Shown here: piece after piece, positions 1 through 9,874 of the stretch
Position numbering within the stretch: the stretch's first letter is position 1
Layout of the letters: each line of letters opens with the position of its first letter
Origin: an uncultured Acidobacteriota bacterium
Lineage (GTDB): Bacteria; Acidobacteriota; UBA6911
Assembly: GCA_963809485.1 (NCBI GenBank)
Contig: CAWEJX010000020.1
Location: 1,120,001 to 1,184,000 of the forward strand
Reading direction: 5' to 3'
DNA length: 64,000 bases
Notes under the pieces: generated by a model
Seen by the model: only the letters and a program-made list of their open reading frames with translations
What the model was told of the DNA's origin: nothing
Databases searched by the model: none
Position numbers and translations under genes: made by a program

Positions 1-436
1 CTCGTAGAATCGGACCGTGGCGCCATAGGACTCCTGGGAGGATGTTTCGATCAGGATCATCCGGCCTCCGCAATCCATCACATCCCGTTCCACATACTGT
101 ATCAAGTCGGCGCCCCAGTCCGGTCCCCTGGGATGCCGGGTCAACCACAATCCAATAGAGGTCGTATACCCCCTCCGTGAGCGGAGTCGGACCGTAGCAG
201 GCATATCCTTTCACCTCGGGATTTGTTTTCCCCCAATCCAGCACGGCAAATATATAGCCGCTCTCCTCGCCCTGCTCGAGCGCCTCATCAACTAATTCCA
301 TCGCCGTGACAATCTCCTGCTGGTTGAATTTGCCCGAGGACACAACCATTGTTTCTATCGGGGATCGATCCCGGGACTCCAATGGACGGATCCGCACTTC
401 CTGGGATTCGATTGAATGCCTGTTCTGTCTTTTCAT
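1..436 (-). CDS. GNAT-family N-acetyltransferase, runs off window start; apparent 1-bp frameshift near 105
   Basis: Manual translation from ATG 436: ...GYACYGPTPLTEGVYDLYWIVVDPASQGTGLGRRL (acetyl-CoA motif A). The homologous-looking tail LIQYVERDVMDCGGRMILIETSSQESYGATVRFYE continues in another frame. Confidence 0.75.
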   Translation of the reverse strand, partial: MKRQNRHSIESQEVRIRPLESRDRSPIETMVVSSGKFNQQEIVTAMELVDEALEQGEESGYIFAVLDWGKTNPEVKGYACYGPTPLTEGVYDLYWIVVDPASQGTGLGRRLDTVCGTGCDGLRRPDDPDRNILPGVLWRHGPILR

Positions 437-743
437 AGGTTTGGATTTATCATGGTGAGAGCCCCCCCAATGGCCCTGAGCTTGGGGTAAGTCACCGTTC
501 AGGTTTCATCCTATAGCCGCACTGAGAAAATATTGTGAATCGCTTCTACTCCTCCGGCACCTGTCAGATCATACAGTGGCCATAAATGGGGCACTTGGGC
601 TGAACTCATGGGAGAAGACAAAGCTCTGCATTTTCGTGAAGGAAAACCGTGTCTAATCTTTCCCTCACAGATAAAGAACTACCGCAATTGTGTGCTTCGC
701 ACCAAAACCTCTCCCGGAATCTCGCTATGGCGGTTTGGGATCG

Positions 744-1139
744 TCAAAGCCGGAAAAGCTCACCCGTGGCTTTGCGTTTGAAATGCACCCTCTGCTGCAA
801 CGGGAAGTTGAACTTGATCGCCCCGGCGCTCAGACGAGGGCATTCGTTCACGCAACATCCACAGTACCAGCATTCGTCAGGGTGCAGCGTAATCGGGGGT
901 TTGCCTTTGATTGGATTCGGTATATACACGTCCACCTGGCATACGTCCACACACGTATTGCAGCCAATACATGCTTCAGGGTTTCGAATAACGGGCCGGT
1001 TGGGCGTAGCCACATTGGGCACGACATAAACCTTTTTGCCTTCAGCTCCCTGAAGCATGCCGCCGGTCCCCTCGAAAGAAGCAGCGGCTTTGGCCGCTCC
1101 GGCGACGGCACTCGCTTTAAGAAAGTCCCTGCGTTTCAT
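744..1139 (-). CDS. 2x[4Fe-4S] ferredoxin, AprB-like, with N-terminal twin-arginine-like leader
   Basis: CIGCNTCVDVC and ECWYCGCCVNECP motifs; MKRRDFLK at ATG 1139 (ORF track extends to 1277). Confidence 0.85.
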   Translation of the reverse strand: MKRRDFLKASAVAGAAKAAASFEGTGGMLQGAEGKKVYVVPNVATPNRPVIRNPEACIGCNTCVDVCQVDVYIPNPIKGKPPITLHPDECWYCGCCVNECPRLSAGAIKFNFPLQQRVHFKRKATGELFRL

Positions 1140-1286
1140 CGACCCGCTTTTCCTTTGTTTCTTCATAGACATTTTCTCCCATAAATCTGTTGCACTCATA
1201 GCTTCCACATCAGCAACAATCGCTCGCAATCCGCTACCACGGGATCTTTTATCACCATGGAAATTTCTTCCATGCATTCTGCCGGA

Positions 1287-3131
1287 CTATCCCTTGTAGG
1301 TGCCGGCATATCCCTGATTGTGGTCTTCGTAATTCTTTTTAAGATCTCCCCAGTAGGCCAGGGGCAGTTCTCCTACGCTTACCTTTCCGTTATCCAATTT
1401 GAGCGTGATCCACTTGTTCCACTCGGGCGGATCCATTTGCGGGTAATCGATCCTTTGGAAACTCAAAGGCCTGCTGCTCGCCTTTCGCTCCAGGGAAGCA
1501 CGGAGGATAATCTGAGAGAAGGTGAGGATGCTGAGGTCTTCCAGGCTGCGCAATAACTTATGCGGGTCCAGGGCGTAGAGCTGGGGGACCCAGTTCTTCT
1601 CAATGTCCTCGAGCGCAGCAAGGCCCATTGTGAGGAGCTTTTCGTTCTTGAACTCGCTGCAGAAGTACTGCATATTCCGGGATATTCCGGCATGTAATTC
1701 CTTCCATTCTATGCCCTGGCTTTTCTTGATTGGAGCATAGACCCGGGCCTTCTCGCGCGCGACTTGTTCCCTGGATATTAGCGGCTGGCCTGCCCGCCGT
1801 GCATAATCGGCCGCCTTTCTGCCGGCATATCTGCCGGTGGACTCTGCATAGCTGTGGTCTCCCGGACCGTACATCTGTTCGCCGGCAGCATACAGTCCGT
1901 CCAGCGTGGTTTTCAAATCCCAGTCGACGACAGGACCGCCTCTGGCGTTCATACTGTCCGGGGAGCGGAAATGAGCGGGTGTGGTCCCCTCGAGCAATGT
2001 ATAACTCGGGAACAGGTCTTTACTTGGATCAAATCCAGCCTCCTGGTATTTTCTTCGAATGGCTTTTGTCGTCGACTCCTCCACGTACATCATGTCCCAG
2101 CAAATCTTTCTCCACTGTTCGTCTTGAGAGGGGAAATCGCCCCAGAAAGGCAGCGCCAATTCTCCTTTGAGTACGGCTTCGCGCAGATTCCCTTTTGCCG
2201 GGAGCGGTTTGCCATTGTCGTCGATCTGCGACAAATGCTCGAAGCTGGCATCGATCGCCGCATACCATTTGTGTTTGTAACCGGTGCCTAGAGTCAGTAG
2301 CCCGGACTTCTCCATCTGGGTAACCGCAGCTCCGGCTCGGAACGCCATCACGGTGCCGTCGCCGGAGGCATTGCGGGACCTAAATGTGGATATACCCGCC
2401 AATTCGGTGTTGAAAACCCATATCGAGCCGACTCCCGCGGTGGAGAGCACAACGGCCTTGGCTTTGAAAATCATGAATTCGCCGGTCCTGGTATTGATTC
2501 CGGTAGCGCCCACCACCCTGGCCCCCTGGACGCCTTTTTCATTCAGCAGGCTGGTACACATGACTCGGTCGTAGATCTTGACCCCCAGGCGTTCGCACTC
2601 CCTCTTCAATACCGGTTTAAGACTCGAGCCCCAAAAGCGGAGACAGGCATTTACGGGCTGATACCTTTCGGCAAGAACGAGTTTGGTTTTTTCATCCCTT
2701 CCCCAACAGCCTGCATATTCGCCTTCGGTGTCCCGGATCTTGCCGCCCATGGGCTCCAGCTCCAAAAACGCATCGTAGCCCTCGCGGCACTGTATGTAGC
2801 GGCCGATTCCGCAGCAATATCCGCCATAGCTTTCAATGATGCGCTGGCATTGCTCCTCCGGACTGACGGTCATCAGAGGACAGGTCATCGGGTAATCCCA
2901 GTGATCGCCTCCGGGCCCTCCGGCGCCACTCCTGATCGTTGCCGCTTTCTCGACTATCGCTACCCTGAGGCCTTTCCCCTGGGCTGCGCTTATGGCCGCC
3001 CGACATCCGGCGATTCCGCCACCGACAATCAATACATCCGTATCGATCGTCTGCTCCTGTTCGTACCGGATCGGGTACGGCCATTCGGGCGTTTGCCCTT
3101 CCAGTTCGATCAACTCATGCCATGAAGTCAT
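1287..3131 (-). CDS. FAD-dependent oxidoreductase, AprA/SdhA/FrdA flavoprotein superfamily
   Basis: DVLIVGGGIAG Rossmann motif, KAVVLSTAG, TTLDGLYAAGE, ASLERKASS...QRIDYP C-terminal motif; GGAGG RBS. Confidence 0.9.
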   Translation of the reverse strand: MTSWHELIELEGQTPEWPYPIRYEQEQTIDTDVLIVGGGIAGCRAAISAAQGKGLRVAIVEKAATIRSGAGGPGGDHWDYPMTCPLMTVSPEEQCQRIIESYGGYCCGIGRYIQCREGYDAFLELEPMGGKIRDTEGEYAGCWGRDEKTKLVLAERYQPVNACLRFWGSSLKPVLKRECERLGVKIYDRVMCTSLLNEKGVQGARVVGATGINTRTGEFMIFKAKAVVLSTAGVGSIWVFNTELAGISTFRSRNASGDGTVMAFRAGAAVTQMEKSGLLTLGTGYKHKWYAAIDASFEHLSQIDDNGKPLPAKGNLREAVLKGELALPFWGDFPSQDEQWRKICWDMMYVEESTTKAIRRKYQEAGFDPSKDLFPSYTLLEGTTPAHFRSPDSMNARGGPVVDWDLKTTLDGLYAAGEQMYGPGDHSYAESTGRYAGRKAADYARRAGQPLISREQVAREKARVYAPIKKSQGIEWKELHAGISRNMQYFCSEFKNEKLLTMGLAALEDIEKNWVPQLYALDPHKLLRSLEDLSILTFSQIILRASLERKASSRPLSFQRIDYPQMDPPEWNKWITLKLDNGKVSVGELPLAYWGDLKKNYEDHNQGYAGTYKG

Positions 3132-3432
3132 CTTCTAGCCTCCCTCCAAGCACTCAACGTGCAGTTTTTGCAGCAAATTGTCGTTTGACACCCCGAAAAA
3201 CGCCCTCCGCACAACACCTCTTGTCCCGCTGCAATCAGGGGAAAAGCCAAGAGTTTGTAAGAGACATTTCATAAGTGCAGATTTTGATAACTGGCTGACA
3301 ATGAATCCTTGGTCTTCCATCGCTTCCTGTAAATCGTGTGGCCACCCGCCGGGGCCATTCCATGGGGCCGAACTCAGGCTGCGCAGGGCTCCGAAATACC
3401 GCCGGTCCAAATGCGTCGTGTCGAACTCGGGG

Positions 3433-3507
3433 CAATTCTTCATCCGGGCCGCCGCAAAAATACTTCTTCTCCGGCGCGGCGCTCAGGTCGGCGAACGGCA
3501 GGACTGC
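3433..3507 (-). pseudogene. Short relic resembling the TolB-like 'AVLPF..L...YFCDG..EEL' module of kinases/cyclases
   Basis: Translates as AVLPFADLSAAPEKKYFCGGPDEEL inside otherwise non-coding sequence. Confidence 0.45.
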
Positions 3508-3897
3508 CCAGAATATCCGGAGTCCGCACCAACGGAGGCTTCGGGCTCTGCCTCCAATATATACGCGCTGCCTATTATAGTGCCATCCCGGACTAGACCA
3601 AAAGCACAACCACAAACTCAGGCAATTCGCTCACGCATATCGGGTGACAGTCAACTTGTTACGCTGCAAAAATCGCGCCGGCATTATTCCACCCCATCCG
3701 GAGGTACACAGATGAAAGGGCTCTCTTTCCCTTTTTGACTTCCTTTTCCTTCTCCCCGTCCTCTCCGTCGCCAAAGAGCATCCCCAAACTGCAGTCCGGG
3801 ATCTAACCCCCGGCGATATTGAGAGGGCCTGTGCTCGGCAGCCGAATACTGAATTTTTTCAAACTTTTCCCGGCCGGATTTCGTCTAACAGCATAAG

Positions 3898-6154
3898 TTG
3901 ACAAGGAGGATCATATTTTTGCCATATTCCGGACGGATTCTTCCGGCCATGCTCATGCTGGCCTGTTCAGTTGTCTTCCTGACCCAAAACGCTCTATCCA
4001 AAACTCAGACAAAGCCTTCGGAAAAGGCGGCCGCTCCTCTTCCCGTTCTTGAAGTCCCGATCCTCAACAGTAATGTGGCGGTTGACGGAGTTCTTGATGA
4101 GGCCGCGTGGAGGGTCCCGCCTCTGCCGGCCGGTGAATGGCTGACCTACAATCCGCTCTACGGCGCCAAAATGGCGCAGCGCACCGAGGTTTGGGCGGCT
4201 CACGATCAGGATGCGCTCTATTTCGCGTTCCACTGCATGGATCCGGAGCCAGACAAGATTAAAACAACGATCAGCAAACGCGACACGATTTTCAACGATG
4301 ATTGGGCCGGGCTGAGCCTCGATTCGCTGGGAAGCCACCAGAGCTCGTACGAATTCTTCATAAATCCCGACGGAATTCAGATGGACATGCTGAACAGCAG
4401 CACCGCCGGCGAGGACACCTCGCCGGATTGGGTTTGGGAAAGCGCCGCCAAAAGAACCGGCGACGGCTACGCGGTTGAAATCCGGATCCCGTTCAAAACC
4501 ATCCGGTTCGCCGGCGGCAGCGTCGTGCGTATGGGAGTCCTTTTCTGGAGGCGCGTCAGCCGCCTCGGCATGTCGGCGTCATGGCCGGATCTTCCGCCCG
4601 GCATCTCCTGGTTCACCCGCCATGCGCCTCTGCTCCTGCATGAGGTCAAGCGTCCCATGACGCTGGAAGTGATCCCAAACGTCACCTACGCGCTAAACCA
4701 GACGCGTTCGGCTCCGGACCGCTGGGCCAGCGATTCGAATCCGGACGGAGGCATCACCGCCAAATACGGGATCACCTCCACGGTGACCCTGGATGGCACC
4801 TATCGCCCGGATTTCAGCCAGGTGGAAAGCGACGCTTTCCAGGTCGAGGTCAACCAGCGCTACCCCCTTTTCTATAGCGAGAAGCGTCCATTCTTTATGG
4901 AAGGGATGGGTACTTTTGACCTGGCCGGAGTCGGCGGTGACGGCAACATGCGCACGGCCGTCCACACGCGCCGCATCGTCGATCCGCTTTTCGGTCTGAA
5001 ACTCACGGGCACGGTCGGCAAAGTGACCTTCGCGACTCTGTCGTCCGCTGACCAGTGGCCCGGAAACACGGACCCATCGGACCCGCTTTTTGAGAAGGAA
5101 AAGTATTTCAACATCGGCCGCGCCCTTTATTCCCTGGGGAAGGGCACCTACATCGGCGGGCTCGTTACGGACACGGAACTGGCCGACGGGTACAACAGGG
5201 TGGTTGCTGGCGACCTCTCGCTGCAGTTCGGGAAGCACCAGCAGTTTAGTGCGACCGCGATTACCACAGGCACTCGCGATTCCGACGGCAGCAATGAACG
5301 GTCGGGAATGGCAGGGCAGGCATCCTATTCGTACAGCAGCAAACGCCAGATCCTTCTCACGCAATTCGAGCACTACGACAAAGATTTTCAGATGGACACG
5401 GCTTTTTACAACCGGACGGGAATTACGGCCAACTGGACGTATTACTCCTACAACCTCTACCCGGATGAAAAGAACTATCCATGGTTCAAGAAATTCGCGC
5501 CATTCGTCTGGGCTCATAGAGCGCGGGACCGCATCCAGAGGGGGGATGAATATATGCTGCTCGGAGGCGTCCGGATGAACTTCACTCGCCAAGGTTCTTT
5601 CCGGATTGACTATGCCGGGGGCAAAGAGCCGTGGGCAGGCCAATCCTACGACATCAGTCAAATCAGAGTAATGGGAGGCGCCCAGCTTTTCCCGTGGCTC
5701 AATTTTTTCGGGTATTTCACTTCCGGAAAATCCATTTTTTATGACCTGGAAAATCCCTTCGCGGGTGACAGCGAGATACCTTAGTGCAGAAGTGACCCTT
5801 CAGCCTACCTCAAAGCTCAGCCAGGCGATATCATACGAGGGAGTGATTTTCAACCGTGCTTCCAGCGGAGAGCGCGTTTATACGGTGGATATCATCAATT
5901 CCAAAACCACCTATCAGTTCAACAAGAGTTTTGCAGCGCGGGCCATTCACCGTTATGACAGTTCGAGAAGCAATGTCCTGCTGGATTACCTCGTGTCCTA
6001 CGAACCCGTGCCGGGCACCGTCGCCTATGTCGGATACGGCTCTCTGTTCAACAGGCAGGATTGGGACGGAACCCGCTACATGCCGGGACACAGCGATTAT
6101 GCAAACACTCAGCGGAGCCTGTTTTTCAAGTTCTCTTACCTTTACCGGTTTTAG
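3898..6154 (+). CDS. DUF5916 / CBM9-like domain outer-membrane protein, split by a 1-bp frameshift near 5773
   Basis: VDGVLDEAAW, PDFSQVESD, YPLFYSEKRPFF motifs. ORF 5741-6154 supplies the C-terminus ending FFKFSYLYRF (barrel-type terminal Phe). Confidence 0.8.
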
Positions 6155-6163
6155 ATGCGAGGA

Positions 6164-6556
6164 AGCATCCTCCGGCAAGGCCGGAGGCTTGAAAGATTTG
6201 AACCGCTCCAAGCGGTTGGAGGAGTTATGCCGGTCTTGAACGCTGACTTACGCGGGCAAAAGCCGATGAGGCGCTTCCGATCCCCGCAGGGGCAAGCGCT
6301 CCGCGCTGGACAGTTTTCTGCGGCGGCACTGTGGCAAGCGCCGTGCGGCAAGGAGATGAAGGGTATGAGAAACCGGGCGTTTGCCACAGTGCCGCCGCAG
6401 AAAACTCCATCGGAAGCGCTTCATCGGCTTTTGCTCGCCGACCCTCGCCGAACAAATCGGCGTTTGTCAGCGTTTTTATCAACGTTTCTCAGCGTTTCAA
6501 AATACGGAGCTGTCAAACTCTTTGAGTCCCCCGGCAGAGCCGGGGGTTTACCAATG
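6164..6556 (-). mobile_element. Nested non-autonomous element with IS200-like hairpin ends, full copy 1
   Basis: End hairpins CCTCCGGC-aag-GCCGGAGG and CCCCGGC-aga-GCCGGGG; nested IRs 6252-6281/6409-6438 and 6312-6337/6381-6406; five more copies in the window. Confidence 0.8.
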
Positions 6557-6686
6557 TAGTTCGCCTCAATCCTGACATTACGCCTCCCAGAGACCTCCCG
6601 GCCTGGCCGCAATTTATTTTCATCCCTGAACCTGTTGGCTTATGATGGTTTCCGAAATCCTAACCTCCAACTTGAAAGGGCGATGT

Positions 6687-7676
6687 ATGAAATCAAAACG
6701 AATGATTGCTTTTGGAGTGGCCGTTTCGCTTTTCATCCTGGCATCTCCTGGCTCGGCGCCGGCAGCGCCCAAATGTGACAGGCAATGTCTGGTCAATTTG
6801 ATGCAGCAGTACGTGGCAGCGATGGTGAAGCACGACCCGAAAGCGGTGCCGCTGGCCGCGAACGTGAAATTCATGGAAAATGCGGCCCTGATGCCGATAG
6901 GCAAAGGCCTGTGGGAAACTGCGTCCGCCGGCCCGACTACGTTCCAGATTTATGCCGCCGATCCGGTTGTGCAATCGGTCGCCTGTATTCTGGTAATGAA
7001 GGAAAAGGGCAAAGATATCCTGCTCGGGGCGAACCTGAAGGTCGTGGACGGCAAAATTGCCCAAGCCGAGCAGCTGGTGGCTCGCGGGAATGTGGACGGC
7101 TCCATGCCTACGCTGCAAAAACCGCGCCCTGGCCTCCTTGAGGACGTTGCGCCGGCCGATCGGATGGATCGCGGAGAGCTGACTAAAATCGGACTTTCCT
7201 ATTACGATGCGCTTACGGGTGAGGACGGCACGTACGCGCCTTTTGCCGGCGACTGCGAACGTCACGAGAACGGCGGCGTAGCGGCCAGCAGCAGGCCGCC
7301 GGAGGCAAAAGCAAAGCCGGCCGCAAAGCCGAATCCTGAACTGGAAAAAATGATGAAGTCGATGGCGGCGATACCAAGAACCTGCGAAGCACAGATCAGT
7401 TCCGGCGTTTTCGGCTATATCACCGAAATAAACCCGCGACGCCTGGTCGTTGCCGATGTACAGAAAGGATTAGCCGTCGGGATGTCCATGTTCCAGCATG
7501 ACGGCCACTTGAAGACGTTGCCGATCAAAGGAGTGCCGGGAATGAACAGCATGCCCGGTTTCACAATGCAGTTCAACTTTCCCTCGATTCATTTTTACAA
7601 AATCAGGAACGGCAAAATTTACGACATCGAGACAATCGGCGTCTCTGCGCCCTTCGGCACGAAATTTGCCTGGTAG
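6687..7676 (+). CDS. Secreted hypothetical protein with CDRxCL motif (SnoaL/NTF2-like repeats suspected)
   Basis: Signal peptide; CDRQCL, PFAGDCERHENG motifs shared with 13769-15757. Confidence 0.8.
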   Translation: MKSKRMIAFGVAVSLFILASPGSAPAAPKCDRQCLVNLMQQYVAAMVKHDPKAVPLAANVKFMENAALMPIGKGLWETASAGPTTFQIYAADPVVQSVACILVMKEKGKDILLGANLKVVDGKIAQAEQLVARGNVDGSMPTLQKPRPGLLEDVAPADRMDRGELTKIGLSYYDALTGEDGTYAPFAGDCERHENGGVAASSRPPEAKAKPAAKPNPELEKMMKSMAAIPRTCEAQISSGVFGYITEINPRRLVVADVQKGLAVGMSMFQHDGHLKTLPIKGVPGMNSMPGFTMQFNFPSIHFYKIRNGKIYDIETIGVSAPFGTKFAW

Positions 7677-7689
7677 CGGGGAAAAGGTA

Positions 7690-7808
7690 GGAACAATGGA
7701 AACAATGGAAACAATGGACACCCACTTTTCACCGCGCGCCCAAGCACCGGAGGGTGTGCGGAGGGTGGGTGTGCCGGAGGGTGGGTGTCCACGATTTTGA
7801 CGATTTTG
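7690..7808. repeat. REP-like inverted pair (TGGACACCCAC / GTGGGTGTCCA) with tandem micro-duplications
   Basis: (AACAATGGA)x3 at 7692-7718, (ACGATTTTG)x2 at 7791-7808, CGGAGGGTG x3 inside; lies between convergent genes. Confidence 0.65.
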
Positions 7809-7852
7809 TTTCTTGGTTAGAATTTCGCCATGAACACTGAATAGCAGCCCAA

Positions 7853-8941
7853 TCACGCTTTCGGCAACGGCTTCTGCCATTCCAGAAGGCTCTCGACTTT
7901 GGCCGGCAGCTTGTAGACTTTGATGTGGTCCTTGATCGGCGGCCCGATGATCTCGATCTTGTTCAGGTCCGCCTGCCCCAGGCCGGCCTTTGCGGCGTAG
8001 ACCAGGTGCCCGACCTTGCCGAGCCCAACTCCCATCAGTTCCGCGCTCACGGTGTCTGCGGCGAGCCAGTCGGTGCTCACAACGCATACACGGTGGTCCA
8101 CCGGCGTGCCGTCGACGGGGCCCTCTCCCTCCATCCCTTCAAAGCCGTCGTTCACCGCCAGGTGCGGATGGAGGCGCGGCGCCAGGGCGGCGAGGTTGTA
8201 ATGGATTCCGCGCACGCCGCCGCCGTGGACGAGAAAACGGTTGGTCCGGTCCAGTTCGCCGGGCTTCTGCCCGGGATCCCTGACCGCCGCGGCGACGATG
8301 ACGTTCTTCAGCGAAAATGTCGCCACCGTAAAGAAATGTGTTTTGAATTTTGCCGCGGAGATGATGTAGCTGTTGGGATCCAGCAGCATTTTGGACACCC
8401 GGCAGGCGTGCGGGCGCATATCCGACTGGTCCATGCAAAAGACGGTATCGACCGCCGTCTTGTCGAGGTCGATCAGTTTGACTCCGTACTTGCCGGCGAA
8501 CTTGTTGTACCCGTAGTTGGAGAAACCCTCGACCGTTGCGCCGTCTGCGGCCGACTCGGCGATCACCACGTTGGCCTTGCGGATGGACTTGAGGAACTCG
8601 AGGATTCCCTCGAGCTGATCGGCGTGGCTCGCACACAGCGGCTTGCTGACGCTGACGTTGTTCGGTTTGACGATGACGAGTTTGTTGCCGATGGCCCGCG
8701 CGATTTCTTTTTCGAAGGTGCGCAGGGCGCGAAAAGTGTTGTCGGCGCGTTCATTGCCCGTCGTCAGGGCTACACGGGCCGGCGGGACCGGAGCAGCGGC
8801 GGGAGCGGGAGGCGGCGGCACACTGCCCTGAGCGCGTGCCGCATCGGGAAAATGCAGCCCCTGCGAGAAACCCAAACCGCCGAGGCCAAGCATTGAATTC
8901 CTGAGAAACCGACGACGGGAACCGACGAAATGTGATGACAT
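7853..8941 (-). CDS. DUF362 domain protein with Tat signal
   Basis: SRRRFLR leader; VKPN, KFKTH, DGFEGMEGEGPVDG motifs. Confidence 0.88.
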   Translation of the reverse strand: MSSHFVGSRRRFLRNSMLGLGGLGFSQGLHFPDAARAQGSVPPPPAPAAAPVPPARVALTTGNERADNTFRALRTFEKEIARAIGNKLVIVKPNNVSVSKPLCASHADQLEGILEFLKSIRKANVVIAESAADGATVEGFSNYGYNKFAGKYGVKLIDLDKTAVDTVFCMDQSDMRPHACRVSKMLLDPNSYIISAAKFKTHFFTVATFSLKNVIVAAAVRDPGQKPGELDRTNRFLVHGGGVRGIHYNLAALAPRLHPHLAVNDGFEGMEGEGPVDGTPVDHRVCVVSTDWLAADTVSAELMGVGLGKVGHLVYAAKAGLGQADLNKIEIIGPPIKDHIKVYKLPAKVESLLEWQKPLPKA

Positions 8942-9426
8942 AAGCCCCCCCCTATCAAATCTTGCGTTCCGATGAGCCCTTTTTTGCTGCGATCATAACA
9001 CAGATTCGTTCGGCCGCCACGGTCCCCGTCGCCAAAACCGAACGGCGGGCTTGTGCCGCTCATGGTTATGCACATTCATTACCGAGAAAGCAGGCCTCGC
9101 TCCGCTCGCTCATCCGCCAGGACTATTTCTCTTTCCTTGCGCGTCGTTCCATCACCTGCTCCAGAGCAGTCACACGGGCATCAAGGGCCAATGACAGTCT
9201 AAAGCTAGGCCGAGGCGCTTACATTGAAGGAACCAAGAAATCAATACCGGCTTTTTCCATCCCGTGCTATTTTGTCTCCAGCCCCCCGAAAAGACTGTCG
9301 GGGGAGAGTCTCAGATTTTCAGATAACAATAGAAAGAGTCAAAGGTCCGTCAGTAAAATTCCCGGCTGCTGCGCCGGGTTACGGCTCGCGGTTACTCCTG
9401 CATTTCGAGTCTCGAAATTATAGAGG

Positions 9427-9855
9427 ATGCAAAATATGGCGCTAAATGTGAAGGGCAAGGATGGCTTTTATGGCTGGGTCAACCTGGTCGTCCTGTTCTT
9501 ATTCAATTTGGCACTGTTTCCGATAATGATGATTGTTTACGCCGTCGTTTTTGGAATAAGCATGGGAATACAGTTCATTGCGATAGGAAACCTCTATCCC
9601 GATTATTTCGGCGTGAGCGAGTTCCCCAAGATCATGGGATATACGATGCCCTTCAACACCTTCATCAGCGCGCTTGGAGCGCCCGTCGCCGGATACATCC
9701 GGGACAAAACAGGCAGCTATGTGCCTGCCTTCCGGGTATTGCTTGTTTTGCTTGCAGTTTCCTTCTTCTGCATTATTTTTGCAAAGCCGCTGGTTCATCC
9801 TTCACTAAAAGGCAAGGTGAGGGTACACGAGCCCGAGGCCCAACCGGCGAGCTAA
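9427..9855 (+). pseudogene. MFS transporter with a large in-frame internal deletion
   Basis: MFS N-terminus (FYGWVNL) joined directly to the last helices (DYFG...KIMG...APVAGYIRDKTGSYVPAF); only about 140 aa. Confidence 0.75.
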
Positions 9856-9874
9856 GAAAACAGGCAGGCGCTTC

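Noticed and set aside
1287-3131. Assigning aprA/aprB (dissimilatory sulfate reduction)
   Set aside because: Only superfamily-level motifs; no sat, qmo or dsr context.
6252-6281. Hammerhead-like CCGATGAG or c-di-GMP-like GGCAAA motifs in the element
   Set aside because: The hammerhead core needs CUGANGA plus GAAA, which is not met; the segment is explained as one arm of a 30-bp IR.
6155-6559. Recurrent small ORFs (MPVLNADLRGQKPMRR..., MANARFL...) here and at 51.3-51.9 kb and 63.0-63.4 kb
   Set aside because: They are translations of the repeated element; frames break differently between copies and the core inverts.
9280-9420. Possible riboswitch upstream of the MFS relic (hairpins CCCCCGA..TCGGGGG, CCCGGC..GCCGGG)
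   Set aside because: No recognisable aptamer consensus; a covariance-model search would be needed.
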